Assembly (NCBI GenBank): GCA_030610885.1
Contig: JAUWQW010000003.1
Coordinates: 1 to 60,748, forward strand
From: Candidatus Aminicenantes bacterium
GTDB lineage: Bacteria > Acidobacteriota > Aminicenantia > UBA2199
DNA length: 60,748 bases
Direction of reading: 5' to 3'
Numbering within the stretch: the first letter of the stretch is position 1; every line of letters starts with the position of its first letter. A model generated the notes under the pieces. The model was not told where the DNA came from. It made no database searches and saw nothing but the letters and a program-made list of their open reading frames with translations. The position numbers were made by a program, and so were the translations under genes. This document shows positions 1-9,919 of this stretch, one piece after another.

Positions 1-1
1 T

Positions 2-1159
2 TTTGAAGCTGATAAAAAAAATATAATAATTTATGACCTGAAAAAGCGAACTAGAAGAAATTTAACAAAGAATTTTAAATACAATATAAAAGAGATAATT
101 TTCTCTCCTAAAGGGAAATATATATATTTTAATGTGGATGAGAGTGTTTATCATCCTATTTATAAATTAAATATAAGAAGCGGTAAGATTGTTAAATTGA
201 TAAATAAGGTTTATTCCTCTAACTTAGCTATTACTCGTGATGGAAAGCATATTGTATTTTTTAATCAAACTGTAAAGTATCCAAATGAAATCTTTAAATT
301 TGATGTAAGAAAAAAGAGGCTGATTCAACTTACTAATTTTAATAGAGAGGCTTTGAAAGATATTAAAATGAATTCTATTGAATTATTTGAGTTTAAGGGT
401 GCTAATAATGACACAGTAGAGGGCATTCTTTTGAAACCTCCTTATTTTGACGAAAATAAAAAATATCCTATGGTTTTTTTAATACATGGTGGACCTCAGG
501 GTTGTTGGACTGATGATTTCCATTTCAGGTGGAATTTGAGTATGTTTGCCTCTCCTGGATATGTTGTTGTTGCAATTAATTTTCATGGCAGCAGAGGATA
601 TGGTCAAGCCTTTACAGATGCAGTATCAAAAGATTGGGGAGGAGCACCTTTTATTGATCTGGTTAAGGGGCAAAAATATGTAGTAGAAAATTATAGATTT
701 ATTGATAAGGATAAAATTGTTGCTGCTGGAGCCTCTTATGGTGGCTTTATGGTAAATTGGATTGCTGGTCATTATGATGAGTTTAAGTATCCTTTTAAGT
801 GTCTTGTTTCTCATGATGGGATTTTTGATGCTCGTAGTATGTATTATTCCACAGAAGAATTATGGTTTGATGAATGGGAACATGGAGGCACTCCATGGGA
901 GAATAAAGACTTATATGAAAAATTTAGCCCTTCGAATTTTGTTGCGAAATTTAAGATACCAATGCTTATTATTCATGGAGAAAAAGATTATAGAGTTCCT
1001 GTTTCTCAAGGATTAATGTTATTTACAGCTCTGCAGAGAAGAGGAGTAAAATCAAAAATGTTATATTTTCCTGATGAAGATCATTTTGTTCGAAAGCCAA
1101 AAAACGCACAATTCTGGTGGAAGTCTGTTTATGCATGGTTTGAGGAGCATATTAAATAA
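2..1159 (+). CDS. S9-family serine peptidase (prolyl oligopeptidase/acylaminoacyl-peptidase type), 5' end outside window
   Basis: The frame of the listed ORF (134..1159) stays open back to nt 2 (FEADKKNIIIYDLKKRT...), so the gene is truncated by the window edge. The C-terminal alpha/beta-hydrolase domain has HGGPQG, the nucleophile elbow GASYGG, then HGEKDYRVP (Asp) and PDEDHFV (His), in the S9 Ser-Asp-His order. Confidence 0.85.
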   Translation, partial: FEADKKNIIIYDLKKRTRRNLTKNFKYNIKEIIFSPKGKYIYFNVDESVYHPIYKLNIRSGKIVKLINKVYSSNLAITRDGKHIVFFNQTVKYPNEIFKFDVRKKRLIQLTNFNREALKDIKMNSIELFEFKGANNDTVEGILLKPPYFDENKKYPMVFLIHGGPQGCWTDDFHFRWNLSMFASPGYVVVAINFHGSRGYGQAFTDAVSKDWGGAPFIDLVKGQKYVVENYRFIDKDKIVAAGASYGGFMVNWIAGHYDEFKYPFKCLVSHDGIFDARSMYYSTEELWFDEWEHGGTPWENKDLYEKFSPSNFVAKFKIPMLIIHGEKDYRVPVSQGLMLFTALQRRGVKSKMLYFPDEDHFVRKPKNAQFWWKSVYAWFEEHIK

Positions 1160-1220
1160 TAAAAAAGTATTTTTTTTAGAAAATTAGGATAAATAAAGGT
1201 TTAATTTAAAATAAATTTTT

Positions 1221-3620
1221 TTATCTTCTACTTATTTTAATTGGTCCAATAGGATCGATTATATTGATTGATTTAATTGATGAATCTCTCTTTATAATGA
1301 ATTTTTCTGTTTTTTGTTTTACTATAACCTTTTCAAATGAAATTCCCTTTGATGATTTCACATTAAACGTAATTGGAAAAACAAAGTCTGTATTCAATTG
1401 TTCAATTGATATCTCTGCACTTTTTTCATCTATTTTTATGTTGTAAATAATCTCAGGTAATTTCCTTGAATATACCCATTTTTTAAAAAATTTCAATAAT
1501 GTCTTGTCTTTATTTATGAATTGATTGATAAATTGCATTGATGAAATACTTTTAAATTTAAATTTGTTTAAAATTGAATGGAGTCTGTTTAAGAAATCTT
1601 TTTCTCCAATCATGTCAAATAACATCAGGAAAATAAGCGCACTTTTATTGTAAACAATGGTTTGATAAGCTTCATAACTGTCTTTAAGTTTTATAATTCT
1701 TGTTCCATAAATTACTGGTCCACTATTATTATGCTTATATAACCATTTTTTTATTTTTCTTATTATTCTTTTGAAATTTTTGTCTGATATATTATTTCTT
1801 AAATAATATAAAACTGAAAATTGAGCCAATCCTTCTGTTATCCATACATCCCTGTAAGATTTCCAGGAAATTATTCCGCCCCACCACTGATGTGATATTT
1901 CATGAATAATGTAATCTCCGACATTATCTCTAAATATTATTGGGCTATGTCTGAATTTAACGTCTACAACATCTGATCTTTTAGGACTTAAATTTATGAT
2001 TATAAACCCTCTATTACTAACACCCCCTTCATGTAAATCATTTTTAAATAAGATATTTATTTCAGAAATATTGATATCTCCATATTTTTGAATTAAAAAA
2101 TTAACTATTTTTTTTATTTCTGAATTATTTATGTATTTTGAGTATCTGCAAAAGTTGGAACTATAAATATTAATCGGAATTATTGAATCTATTCTGCTCT
2201 TAAGAAAAAATTCCCCACAAATAACAGAGATACCTTTTGTGCCTTTACTTGTATATTTGAAAATGTTTCTATTTACAGCTATTTTTTTTATAAGGCTTCC
2301 TGATATTAAACAATTTAAATTATTTGGGAGATTAATTGTAACATCTGATTTGAAAAATTCATTTCCCGGATTTGGATAAAAATTTTCTGTTCTGGATAAA
2401 TAATAGAAAAGATCTAATGTTTCAATGTTTCCTGTCTCTTGATACTGCATTTTAAAGATATCATCATATAAATTATCTGGTTTAATATATCCCTTATAAT
2501 AAAGAGCGGATTTATTTGATTCAGGTCCAAGTAAGTAATATAAATGTCCCTTTTTGAAGACATTCAATCCAACTGCTTTCTTATCTAAATTCCCAGCAAG
2601 TTTTAGATTTTTTTTAAGCTGCAGAACCTTTAGTGAAGTGGGGTCTTTGTATAATGTTATTATTGTGCCTGAAATAAAATTATTTATTGGATTATAAAAT
2701 ATATTCAATTTAACTTTATCTACTTCATTCACTCCTGAAAAAGATAGTTTTAGAGATTTTACAGAATTGTAGCTTAGAATCATATTGTTATCGGTTGAGA
2801 TTATAAGTTGGGTGTCTGGAACAGAATCTCTTTTAAATTTATAGTAATAGAATGTTTTTTTCTCTTTTGGGAATATTATTAAGTTTGACCCTTCTGAAAA
2901 TGGTAAGTACCAGTATTCTTTGAATTGTTTTATTTTTTTCCCATATGTGTCACGATACGTTTCAAAAAGTGATTGAGATTTTTTATCAAGTCCTGTTACT
3001 TTTCCGAGCTGTGTTGTTTTGTTTAAAAAACTTTTATCTTCTAAAATAAAAATCCCTCTGTTATTTGATTTAGAAAAGAAATCTTTTTTATATTTATTCT
3101 TTAAAGTTAATCTCTCTTCATCATCATTTGGCTTAATAGAAAATTCCCATTTACCGCTAAAAATCATTAATAGATTAAAAGGAATTGACTCGTAAATGTA
3201 ACCCTCTTTAAAATGAATCTTTGCATCTCCTATTTTTAATGAAAGGTTATTTACATGATATTTTTTAAAACTATTTATAAAATAAATGGGCTTGATTTGG
3301 TTGATTATACTTAAATTTGAGAATTTTTTGTCTTTTTTATTAAAGATTATTACTCCAACCTCTCCATATTTAAGAAATTTTGCTCTGTAAGTTATTTTTT
3401 TTGATGTATGGCCTATAAATTTTATACATTCAACTTTATCAAAATAATCCTCTAAAATGGTGTAACTATTATCAGAAAAAATTGCGGGTAATTCATTCCA
3501 TTGTTTTTTAGAAATAATATTTTTTAGTCCGTCACTTGAGTATATAGGTGAAATAAGGATGAGTATTAGGTAAATAAATAAAAATTTATTTTTCATTTTT
3601 TTTCTAAAATTATTATACAT
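1221..3620 (-). CDS. M1-family (gluzincin) metallopeptidase, probably exported
   Basis: HEISHQWWG is followed exactly 18 residues later by E in WITEGLAQF (HExxH-x18-E). There is an N-terminal hydrophobic signal-like segment (KFLFIYLILILISPIYSS). An in-frame ATG at 3596 is an alternative start. Confidence 0.8.
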   Translation of the reverse strand: MYNNFRKKMKNKFLFIYLILILISPIYSSDGLKNIISKKQWNELPAIFSDNSYTILEDYFDKVECIKFIGHTSKKITYRAKFLKYGEVGVIIFNKKDKKFSNLSIINQIKPIYFINSFKKYHVNNLSLKIGDAKIHFKEGYIYESIPFNLLMIFSGKWEFSIKPNDDEERLTLKNKYKKDFFSKSNNRGIFILEDKSFLNKTTQLGKVTGLDKKSQSLFETYRDTYGKKIKQFKEYWYLPFSEGSNLIIFPKEKKTFYYYKFKRDSVPDTQLIISTDNNMILSYNSVKSLKLSFSGVNEVDKVKLNIFYNPINNFISGTIITLYKDPTSLKVLQLKKNLKLAGNLDKKAVGLNVFKKGHLYYLLGPESNKSALYYKGYIKPDNLYDDIFKMQYQETGNIETLDLFYYLSRTENFYPNPGNEFFKSDVTINLPNNLNCLISGSLIKKIAVNRNIFKYTSKGTKGISVICGEFFLKSRIDSIIPINIYSSNFCRYSKYINNSEIKKIVNFLIQKYGDINISEINILFKNDLHEGGVSNRGFIIINLSPKRSDVVDVKFRHSPIIFRDNVGDYIIHEISHQWWGGIISWKSYRDVWITEGLAQFSVLYYLRNNISDKNFKRIIRKIKKWLYKHNNSGPVIYGTRIIKLKDSYEAYQTIVYNKSALIFLMLFDMIGEKDFLNRLHSILNKFKFKSISSMQFINQFINKDKTLLKFFKKWVYSRKLPEIIYNIKIDEKSAEISIEQLNTDFVFPITFNVKSSKGISFEKVIVKQKTEKFIIKRDSSIKSINIIDPIGPIKISRR

Positions 3621-3666
3621 ATTTTAAAAAAAAACCACAGTATTTCATGAATTTTTTTTCTATATT

Positions 3667-5682
3667 TTATTTGTTTAAAGATTTTTCCATAACTTTATCA
3701 ATTAAATCCTCATCTGTTAAATGTGGTAAGGTTATATGTCCTTTATCTTTATTATTTTCATTCCATTTTGATGCAACTTCCAATGCATGTTTATTTCTTG
3801 CCCAGGACCGTCTTGAAATTCCATTTATTACATCCCATTCAACTGCAGATTTTATAATATTATCTTTCAATTCTTTTCCATCAAGTACAAGGCCAAAACC
3901 TCCATTAAAAGATTTTCCTATACCAACTCCGCCGCCATTTGATAAAACAACCATTGACATGCCCCTTAAAGCATCTCCAACAAAATTTTGGATAGACATG
4001 TCAGCAGTTATATTGCTTCCATCATATATATTGGCTGTTTCTCTAAAAGGAGAATCAGTACCTGAAACATCGTGATGGTCTCTTCCAATCATAATAGGTC
4101 CTACTTCACCATTTCTTACCATTTTGTTGAATTTTAATGCAATTTCAATTCTTCCGTTTCCATCTGCGTATAGAATTCTTGCTTGGGTTCCTACAACCAA
4201 TTTATTTTTTTCAGCATTTTTTATCCATTCATAGTTATCTCTGTCTATAGAGCTTCTGTTTGGGTTAATACATTCCATAGCAGCTTTATCCGTTTTCCTG
4301 AGATCTTCAGATCTACGTGAAAGGCAAACCCACCTGAAAGGACCATATCCATAGTCAAAGCATATTGGTCCCATTATGTTTTCTACATAACTGGGGAATA
4401 TAAATCCTTCGGAAGGGTCATGCTCACTAATTGCAATATCTTTTGCACCTGCATCATAAACTGCTTTTAAAAAGGAATTTCCATAATCCCAGAAATGAGT
4501 TCCTCTTTTACTCATTTTTTGAATTAAACTAAATTGCTTAATTAAGGATTTATTAACCTCCTTTTTAAATTTTTCTGGATCATCTTTTAATAATTTTCTT
4601 CCCTCTTTATAAGTGTACCCAACAGGAGTATACCCTCCAGTATATGGTTCATGGCAGGAAGTTTGGTCAGAAGCAAGTTCGACTTTAATATTATTTTTAA
4701 CACAATATTCCCAGAGGTCAACAATATTACCATGATATGCAATTGAAACGGATTTTTTTAATCTTCTGTATTCATCTACCCAATTAGCAATTTCATTTAG
4801 ATTCGAAGACATTTTTGAAAGCCAACCCTGTTTATATCTTGTCTCAATTCTCGATAAGTCTACCTCTGCAATAACTCCTATACCTCCAGCAATCTCAACT
4901 GCTTTTGCCTGTGCTCCACTCATTCCTCCAAGCCCGGAACTTAGATATAAAATCCCTGAGATGTCTTTATTTTCAGGTATTTTTAGATATAATCTTCCAG
5001 CATTTAAAAGGGTAATGTATGTTCCATGAACAATACCCTGGGGACCTATATACATCCAACCTCCAGCTGTCATCTGTCCGTAATTCGATACGCCCATTGC
5101 TGCAGCTGTGTGAAAGTATTCAAGATTATCGTATAAACCAACTAACATACCATTTGTTGAAATAACTCTTGGTGCATCAGGAGTTGTAGGAAATAGACCC
5201 AGAGGGTGGCCTGAATAAACAATAAGTGTTTGGTCATTTCTCATATTTTCAAGATATAGTTTTATTAGGTTGTACTGCATCCAGTTTTGCATAACCTGCC
5301 CCGATTCTCCATAAGTAACGAGTTCATATGGATAAAGTGCCACTTCAAAATCGAGATTATTGTCTATCATGACTTGAAAAGCCTTTGCTTCAATAGTATT
5401 ACCTTTATACTCATCAATAGGTTTACCAGTTATTTTCCCTTCCGGTCTATATCTATATCCATATATTCTACCTCTTATTTTTAATTCTTCAAGAAATTCA
5501 GGGGCAATTTCTTCATGTAGATTTGAAGGGATATATCTTAAAGCGTTTTTTAATGCAATTTTTGTCTGTTTTTTTGTTAAATTGAATCCTCTATCAGGAG
5601 CCCTTCTTATTCCATTTATAAATTTCTTTTTGGAAGGTAGGGTGTTTGGTAAAGAAAATTGAATATGGTTTTTATAATTCAT
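3667..5682 (-). CDS. hutU: Urocanate hydratase (long form, about 671 aa)
   Basis: Urocanase core motifs are present: GLGGMSGAQAKA and YGQMTAGGWMYIGPQGIVHGT. The listed ORF runs to 5742. I call the ATG at 5682 (MNYKNHIQF...) because it is preceded by GGAGGC (5686-5691, read on the minus strand), and because a TTGACA-N17-TATATT promoter at 5708-5736 lies inside the longer ORF. Confidence 0.9.
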   Translation of the reverse strand: MNYKNHIQFSLPNTLPSKKKFINGIRRAPDRGFNLTKKQTKIALKNALRYIPSNLHEEIAPEFLEELKIRGRIYGYRYRPEGKITGKPIDEYKGNTIEAKAFQVMIDNNLDFEVALYPYELVTYGESGQVMQNWMQYNLIKLYLENMRNDQTLIVYSGHPLGLFPTTPDAPRVISTNGMLVGLYDNLEYFHTAAAMGVSNYGQMTAGGWMYIGPQGIVHGTYITLLNAGRLYLKIPENKDISGILYLSSGLGGMSGAQAKAVEIAGGIGVIAEVDLSRIETRYKQGWLSKMSSNLNEIANWVDEYRRLKKSVSIAYHGNIVDLWEYCVKNNIKVELASDQTSCHEPYTGGYTPVGYTYKEGRKLLKDDPEKFKKEVNKSLIKQFSLIQKMSKRGTHFWDYGNSFLKAVYDAGAKDIAISEHDPSEGFIFPSYVENIMGPICFDYGYGPFRWVCLSRRSEDLRKTDKAAMECINPNRSSIDRDNYEWIKNAEKNKLVVGTQARILYADGNGRIEIALKFNKMVRNGEVGPIMIGRDHHDVSGTDSPFRETANIYDGSNITADMSIQNFVGDALRGMSMVVLSNGGGVGIGKSFNGGFGLVLDGKELKDNIIKSAVEWDVINGISRRSWARNKHALEVASKWNENNKDKGHITLPHLTDEDLIDKVMEKSLNK

Positions 5683-5707
5683 TTTGCCTCCATTTAAGCT
5701 TATTAAG

Positions 5708-5736
5708 AATATATTCAAAACCCCATATATTGTCAA
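5708..5736 (-). promoter_or_regulatory. sigma70-type promoter for hutU (TTGACA-N17-TATATT)
   Basis: Read on the minus strand: TTGACA (5736-5731), a 17-nt spacer, then TATATT (5713-5708). It sits about 25 nt upstream of the 5682 ATG. Confidence 0.5.
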
Positions 5737-5908
5737 GCACAAAATTAGAAATATGGAGAGTAAGCCTTTGCGAACCCTTTGTCATGAGTATTAGTAAATT
5801 ACCTCCTATGATGTATATTATGTTGATGTGGTTGTTAAAAATAAAAAAAAATCCAGTATGTTATGGAATCTTACAATTTTTTTTCTAATCCTTGCAGGTT
5901 ATTTAAAC

Positions 5909-6676
5909 CTATAAGTTTTTCACTAATTCATCAATTACTTCTGTTGCTTTCCCTTTGAGAAAAACATCTGTGATATTATCTGTATAATTTGATTTTTTAA
6001 CATTTATCTCAATAATTGATGCCATATTATTTTTTGCAATAATGGGAATTTGAGAAGCTGGCATAATTTCTCCTGTAGTCCCTATTACAAGAAATACATC
6101 GGAAATTTCTGCTTCTCTAAAGGATTTTGTTATATCCGGTTCATACAACGGTTCACCAAAAAATATAAAATCTGGTTTTAATAACCCACCACATTTTTCG
6201 CATCTTGGTGGCAAGTTATTCAAATATTTCTCTTCGACTGAAACCCTATAATCGCAATTAATGCATACCAGATTCCTGGAATTTCCATGAACTTCATAAA
6301 CTTCCTTACTACCGGCTTGTTGATGCAGATTATCAATATTCTGTGTGATTATAGCATTTAGATAACCATTCTTTTCCATCTCAGCTAAACCTATATGACT
6401 TTGATTTGGTTTTGCTTCGCCAAAAAAATCAAAAAATATCTCTTTTATCAATTTCCAAGCTTTTAATGGATGGGCTTTGAAATATCCAATATCAAGAAAG
6501 ATAGGATCATATTTACTCCACAACCCATTCTCTCCACGAAAAACAGGAATCCCGCTCTCTATAGAAATACCAGCACCAGTAAATCCTGTTACTCTTCTTG
6601 CGTTTCGAATTATTTCTACAGCTTTGTCAATCATTTGGTTAAGTCCCATTTTATTTTTTGACAAATTCCCCTTCAA
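5909..6676 (-). CDS. cobB: NAD-dependent protein deacylase, Sir2/CobB family
   Basis: Sirtuin motifs GAGISIESGIPVFRG and TQNIDNLHQQAG are present, with a Zn-binding CINC...CEKCGG tetrad. The listed start is TTG. In-frame ATGs at 6649 and 6634 are alternatives, and none has a clear SD sequence. Confidence 0.85.
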   Translation of the reverse strand: MKGNLSKNKMGLNQMIDKAVEIIRNARRVTGFTGAGISIESGIPVFRGENGLWSKYDPIFLDIGYFKAHPLKAWKLIKEIFFDFFGEAKPNQSHIGLAEMEKNGYLNAIITQNIDNLHQQAGSKEVYEVHGNSRNLVCINCDYRVSVEEKYLNNLPPRCEKCGGLLKPDFIFFGEPLYEPDITKSFREAEISDVFLVIGTTGEIMPASQIPIIAKNNMASIIEINVKKSNYTDNITDVFLKGKATEVIDELVKNL

Positions 6677-6888
6677 TAACTTTCAACAATTTATTTTTTG
6701 ATTTCAATTTCTTTCAGGGAAAATGATAAGGCAGTCAATTTTTAATGTCAAGAATAAATACCATAGGAAATCCCTTTTTTCATTCTGGCAAATGCTTCGT
6801 TTGAATTAATAAGCAATGCTTATCTCTTTACCTCTTAATTTATATATCGTATAATAAATATAAAGGAAATGTTAATAAAGGAGATAAT

Positions 6889-8151
6889 ATGAAAATTTTA
6901 ATTGTTGGCTCAGGAGGAAGAGAACATGCCCTTATATGGAAAATTTCGCAATCCAAGAGGGTAAAGAACATCTATTCGATTTCAGGTAATGCAGGTACAA
7001 AAGATTTGGCACAAAATGTTGATATTAAAGTGTCAAATATTATTGAAATTGCTGATTTTGCACAAGAAGAGAAGATTGATCTAACAGTTATTGGCCCTGA
7101 ATTGCCTCTATCATTGGGAATAGTTGATGAGTTTAATAAGAGAAATTTAAAAATATTTGGACCAAGACAAAAGGCAGCATATATTGAGAGCTCAAAAGCA
7201 TTTGCAAAGGAATTTATGAGAAAGAACAATATTCCTACTCCAGAGTTCAATATATTTAATTCTCCAGATAGTGCATTGGATTATATAAAAGAGGCTGTTT
7301 TTCCTATTGTTATAAAAGCTGACGGGCTTACTGGGGGTAAGGGAGTGTTTATATGCGAAGATGTGAATAAAGCAGAGGAAAGCATTAAGACTATCATGGT
7401 TGAGAAAAAATTTGGTGAAGCTGGAGATAAAATTATAGTTGAGAGATTTCTAAAAGGTCAGGAAATGACATTTATGGTTATATCAGATGGCAAAAGGGTA
7501 ATCCCTCTTGTTACATCTATGGATTACAAGAAAATATTTGATTATGATGAAGGACCTAATACTGGAGGCATGGGGGCTATATCTCCTTTTCCTCAAATAG
7601 ATACGACTTTGTATAATAATATAATGAAATCAATTATTTCTCCTACAATTGAGGGGTTAAGATTTGAGGGAAAAGAGTTTAGGGGATTACTTTATGCTGG
7701 TTTGATGATTGTAAATAATAGCCCATATGTTCTTGAATTTAATGTAAGATTTGGTGATCCTGAAACCCAGGCTATATTGTTAAGACTAAAGAGTGATATA
7801 GTTGATTTACTTGAAGCATCTGCTGAAGGGCATTTAATTGATATTCCAGTTGAATGGGACACAAGCGTTTCTGCTTGTGTTGTGCTTTCTTCTAAAGGAT
7901 ATCCATTAAAATATGAAACTGGAAAAGTAATAGATGGTTTAAAAAGAGCCAAATCTCTTGGAGTTGAAATTTTTCACGCTGGAACAATTTTTAAAGATAA
8001 TTCATTTTATACTTCATCAGGGAGAGTATTGAACATTTGCGCTATTGCCCCTACATTAAAAGAGACCATGAAAAAAATTTATGATGCTATTTCTTTTGTT
8101 AGTTTTGATAATATATACTTTAGACAAGATATAGGGAGATCAAAGAAATGA
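6889..8151 (+). CDS. purD: Phosphoribosylamine-glycine ligase
   Basis: Typical PurD N-terminus MKILIVGSGGREHAL, an ATP-grasp core, and EFNVRFGDPE. The RBS AAGGAG lies upstream. The stop overlaps the purE start (ATGA). Confidence 0.93.
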   Translation: MKILIVGSGGREHALIWKISQSKRVKNIYSISGNAGTKDLAQNVDIKVSNIIEIADFAQEEKIDLTVIGPELPLSLGIVDEFNKRNLKIFGPRQKAAYIESSKAFAKEFMRKNNIPTPEFNIFNSPDSALDYIKEAVFPIVIKADGLTGGKGVFICEDVNKAEESIKTIMVEKKFGEAGDKIIVERFLKGQEMTFMVISDGKRVIPLVTSMDYKKIFDYDEGPNTGGMGAISPFPQIDTTLYNNIMKSIISPTIEGLRFEGKEFRGLLYAGLMIVNNSPYVLEFNVRFGDPETQAILLRLKSDIVDLLEASAEGHLIDIPVEWDTSVSACVVLSSKGYPLKYETGKVIDGLKRAKSLGVEIFHAGTIFKDNSFYTSSGRVLNICAIAPTLKETMKKIYDAISFVSFDNIYFRQDIGRSKK

Positions 8152-8651
8152 ATGAAAAAATAGGGATTATACTTGGGAGTGATTCGGATTACCCATATAT
8201 GAAGAAAGGGATAAATATTCTCAAAAAGTTTCAAATATCTTTTAAAATAGAAGTTAGTTCTGCACATAGAACACCTGAAAGAACTCTTGGATTAGTAATG
8301 GAATTTGAAAAACAAGGTGTTCAGATATTTATAGCAGCAGCAGGTGGGGCAGCACATCTTCCGGGAGTTATAGCATCCCATACTCTGCTACCAGTGTTGG
8401 GAGTTCCTATTCATTCACAGCTTTCAGGAGTAGATTCACTTTATTCTATAGTTCAAATGCCAAGTGGTATCCCTGTTGCAGCATTTAGTATTGGAAGTTC
8501 AGGAGGTATAAATTCTGTTCTTTTTGCTATGGAAATTTTGGCTTTAAAAGACAATGAAATAAAAGAAAAGCTTGTAGAGTACAGAAAAGAACAAAAGTTG
8601 GATGTTATTAAGAAAAGTGAGAAATTGAAAGATAAGATAAGATCTTTATGA
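8148..8651 (+). CDS. purE: 5-(carboxyamino)imidazole ribonucleotide mutase
   Basis: PurE motifs SAHRTPE and AAAGGAAHLPGV are present. The gene is coupled to purD and to the next gene by ATGA overlaps. Confidence 0.9.
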   Translation: MNEKIGIILGSDSDYPYMKKGINILKKFQISFKIEVSSAHRTPERTLGLVMEFEKQGVQIFIAAAGGAAHLPGVIASHTLLPVLGVPIHSQLSGVDSLYSIVQMPSGIPVAAFSIGSSGGINSVLFAMEILALKDNEIKEKLVEYRKEQKLDVIKKSEKLKDKIRSL

Positions 8652-9919
8652 AATTTTATGTATCTTATTTTGGGTGTAGAACAAATCAGGCTGAAATTCA
8701 AGAGTTAATAATAAAACTTGAAAATATAGGTTATGAATTAACGAGTAATGCTTCAGATGCTGATTTTGGGATTGTTAATACTTGCAGTGTAACTGAAAAA
8801 GCAGAAAAGGATGTTTTTCGTTTTGTAAATAAAATTTACAAAAAAACAAATGCCAAATGGATCATAACCGGTTGTACAGTTTCTAAGGAGAAGAAAAATC
8901 TTAAAAATAGATACAAAAATTATTATTTTCTTGATAACATTGAAAAAAAAGACATATTCAAATTCATAAGTAATACTTTCCCGATAAAGGGTAATGTTAT
9001 ATATCATACATCTTATAGATCAAGATTTTTTTTAAAAATTCAAGATGGATGCAATTTTCGATGTTCATTTTGTATAGTTCCTTTTTTAAGAGGAAAATCT
9101 ATAAGTACCCCCTCTTCTGAAATAATAGCAAAAGCAAAATATTTTAGCTCGGTTGGTTATAGGGAGATTGTGCTAACCGGGATAAATTTATCATCATATG
9201 GCTATGATCTGTTTCCAAGGGAGAATCTTTTAAATGTAATTAAGGGCTTAAATAAAATCAATAATATTGAGTTCATAAGATTAAGTTCTCTTGATCCGAG
9301 ATATGTTAAATATAGTTTTATAAAAGAATTGAGCTATATACAAAAAGTTGCAAATAGTTTTCACCTCTCCTTTCAAAGTGGAAGTAACTCAGTTTTGACA
9401 AGAATGAAAAGAGGGATAAAAACAATCGAGTATTTAAAAATGTTGGATAACTTTAGAAAATTTTTCCCTGAGGCTAATTATGGTGCTGATATAATAGTTG
9501 GTTTCCCGGAAGAAACAGAGAAGGAATATCAGGAAACTTTAAGTTTCGTTAGACAAAGTAACTTGAGTTACATTCATATTTTTCCCTTTTCTCCAAGAAT
9601 TGGTACAAAAGCAGCTCTTATTGAACCTGTTGCAATAAATATAGTAAAAAGGAGGGTAAAAGAAATTCAAGGTATGAATAAAGATTTAAAACTAAATTAC
9701 AAGGAAAAGTTTAAGAACAAAGTAGTAGAAGGAATATTAACAAAAGAGGGTGAGGATCGCTCATTTGTTGTTTCAAGTAATTTCTTAACAGTTAGTGTTC
9801 CTCCTACAAAGGGTTATAGAAAAAAGAGGGTAAAAGTAAAAATTATAAGAGTATTTAATGAAAATATTTGTGAAGGTATTATTGTAGAGAATAAAAAAAA
9901 TATGACTTGTGATCTGTAA
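8648..9919 (+). CDS. Radical-SAM methylthiotransferase, MiaB/RimO family (MtaB-like)
   Basis: N-terminal UPF0004-type FGCRTNQAE, a radical-SAM CNFRCSFC (CxxxCxxC) motif, and a C-terminal TRAM-like tail. Subfamily assignment by eye is uncertain. Confidence 0.75.
   Translation: MKFYVSYFGCRTNQAEIQELIIKLENIGYELTSNASDADFGIVNTCSVTEKAEKDVFRFVNKIYKKTNAKWIITGCTVSKEKKNLKNRYKNYYFLDNIEKKDIFKFISNTFPIKGNVIYHTSYRSRFFLKIQDGCNFRCSFCIVPFLRGKSISTPSSEIIAKAKYFSSVGYREIVLTGINLSSYGYDLFPRENLLNVIKGLNKINNIEFIRLSSLDPRYVKYSFIKELSYIQKVANSFHLSFQSGSNSVLTRMKRGIKTIEYLKMLDNFRKFFPEANYGADIIVGFPEETEKEYQETLSFVRQSNLSYIHIFPFSPRIGTKAALIEPVAINIVKRRVKEIQGMNKDLKLNYKEKFKNKVVEGILTKEGEDRSFVVSSNFLTVSVPPTKGYRKKRVKVKIIRVFNENICEGIIVENKKNMTCDL

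Noticed and set aside
3647-4075. A 142-aa plus-strand ORF overlapping the 3' part of hutU. Similar antisense ORFs occur inside bamA (30521..30928), the RND genes (45207..45605), dcp (47272..47694) and tricorn (52189..52527).
   Set aside because: Each is fully embedded antisense to a CDS with unmistakable family motifs. None has an SD sequence or a recognisable domain.
5683-5742. A 20-codon 5' extension of hutU (listed start 5742, MCLTIYGVLNIF...).
   Set aside because: The predicted TTGACA-N17-TATATT promoter lies inside the extension, and the ATG at 5682 has a GGAGG site. The extension looks like translated promoter DNA.
5909-6676. A SIR2-domain protein as a possible antiphage NADase (Thoeris/DSR/SIR2-HerA-like).
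   Set aside because: It has the compact CobB-type architecture with an intact zinc tetrad and sirtuin motifs. It has no fused sensor/effector domain and no defence-type neighbours, since it is flanked by hutU and purD.
6677-6888. A possible purine or ZTP riboswitch in the 212-nt leader upstream of purD.
   Set aside because: I could not find the conserved purine-riboswitch loop/junction sequences or the GGGUCGUGACUGGCG/CCGCCUGGGC-type ZTP cores. The region is simply AT-rich. A covariance-model scan would be needed to be certain.
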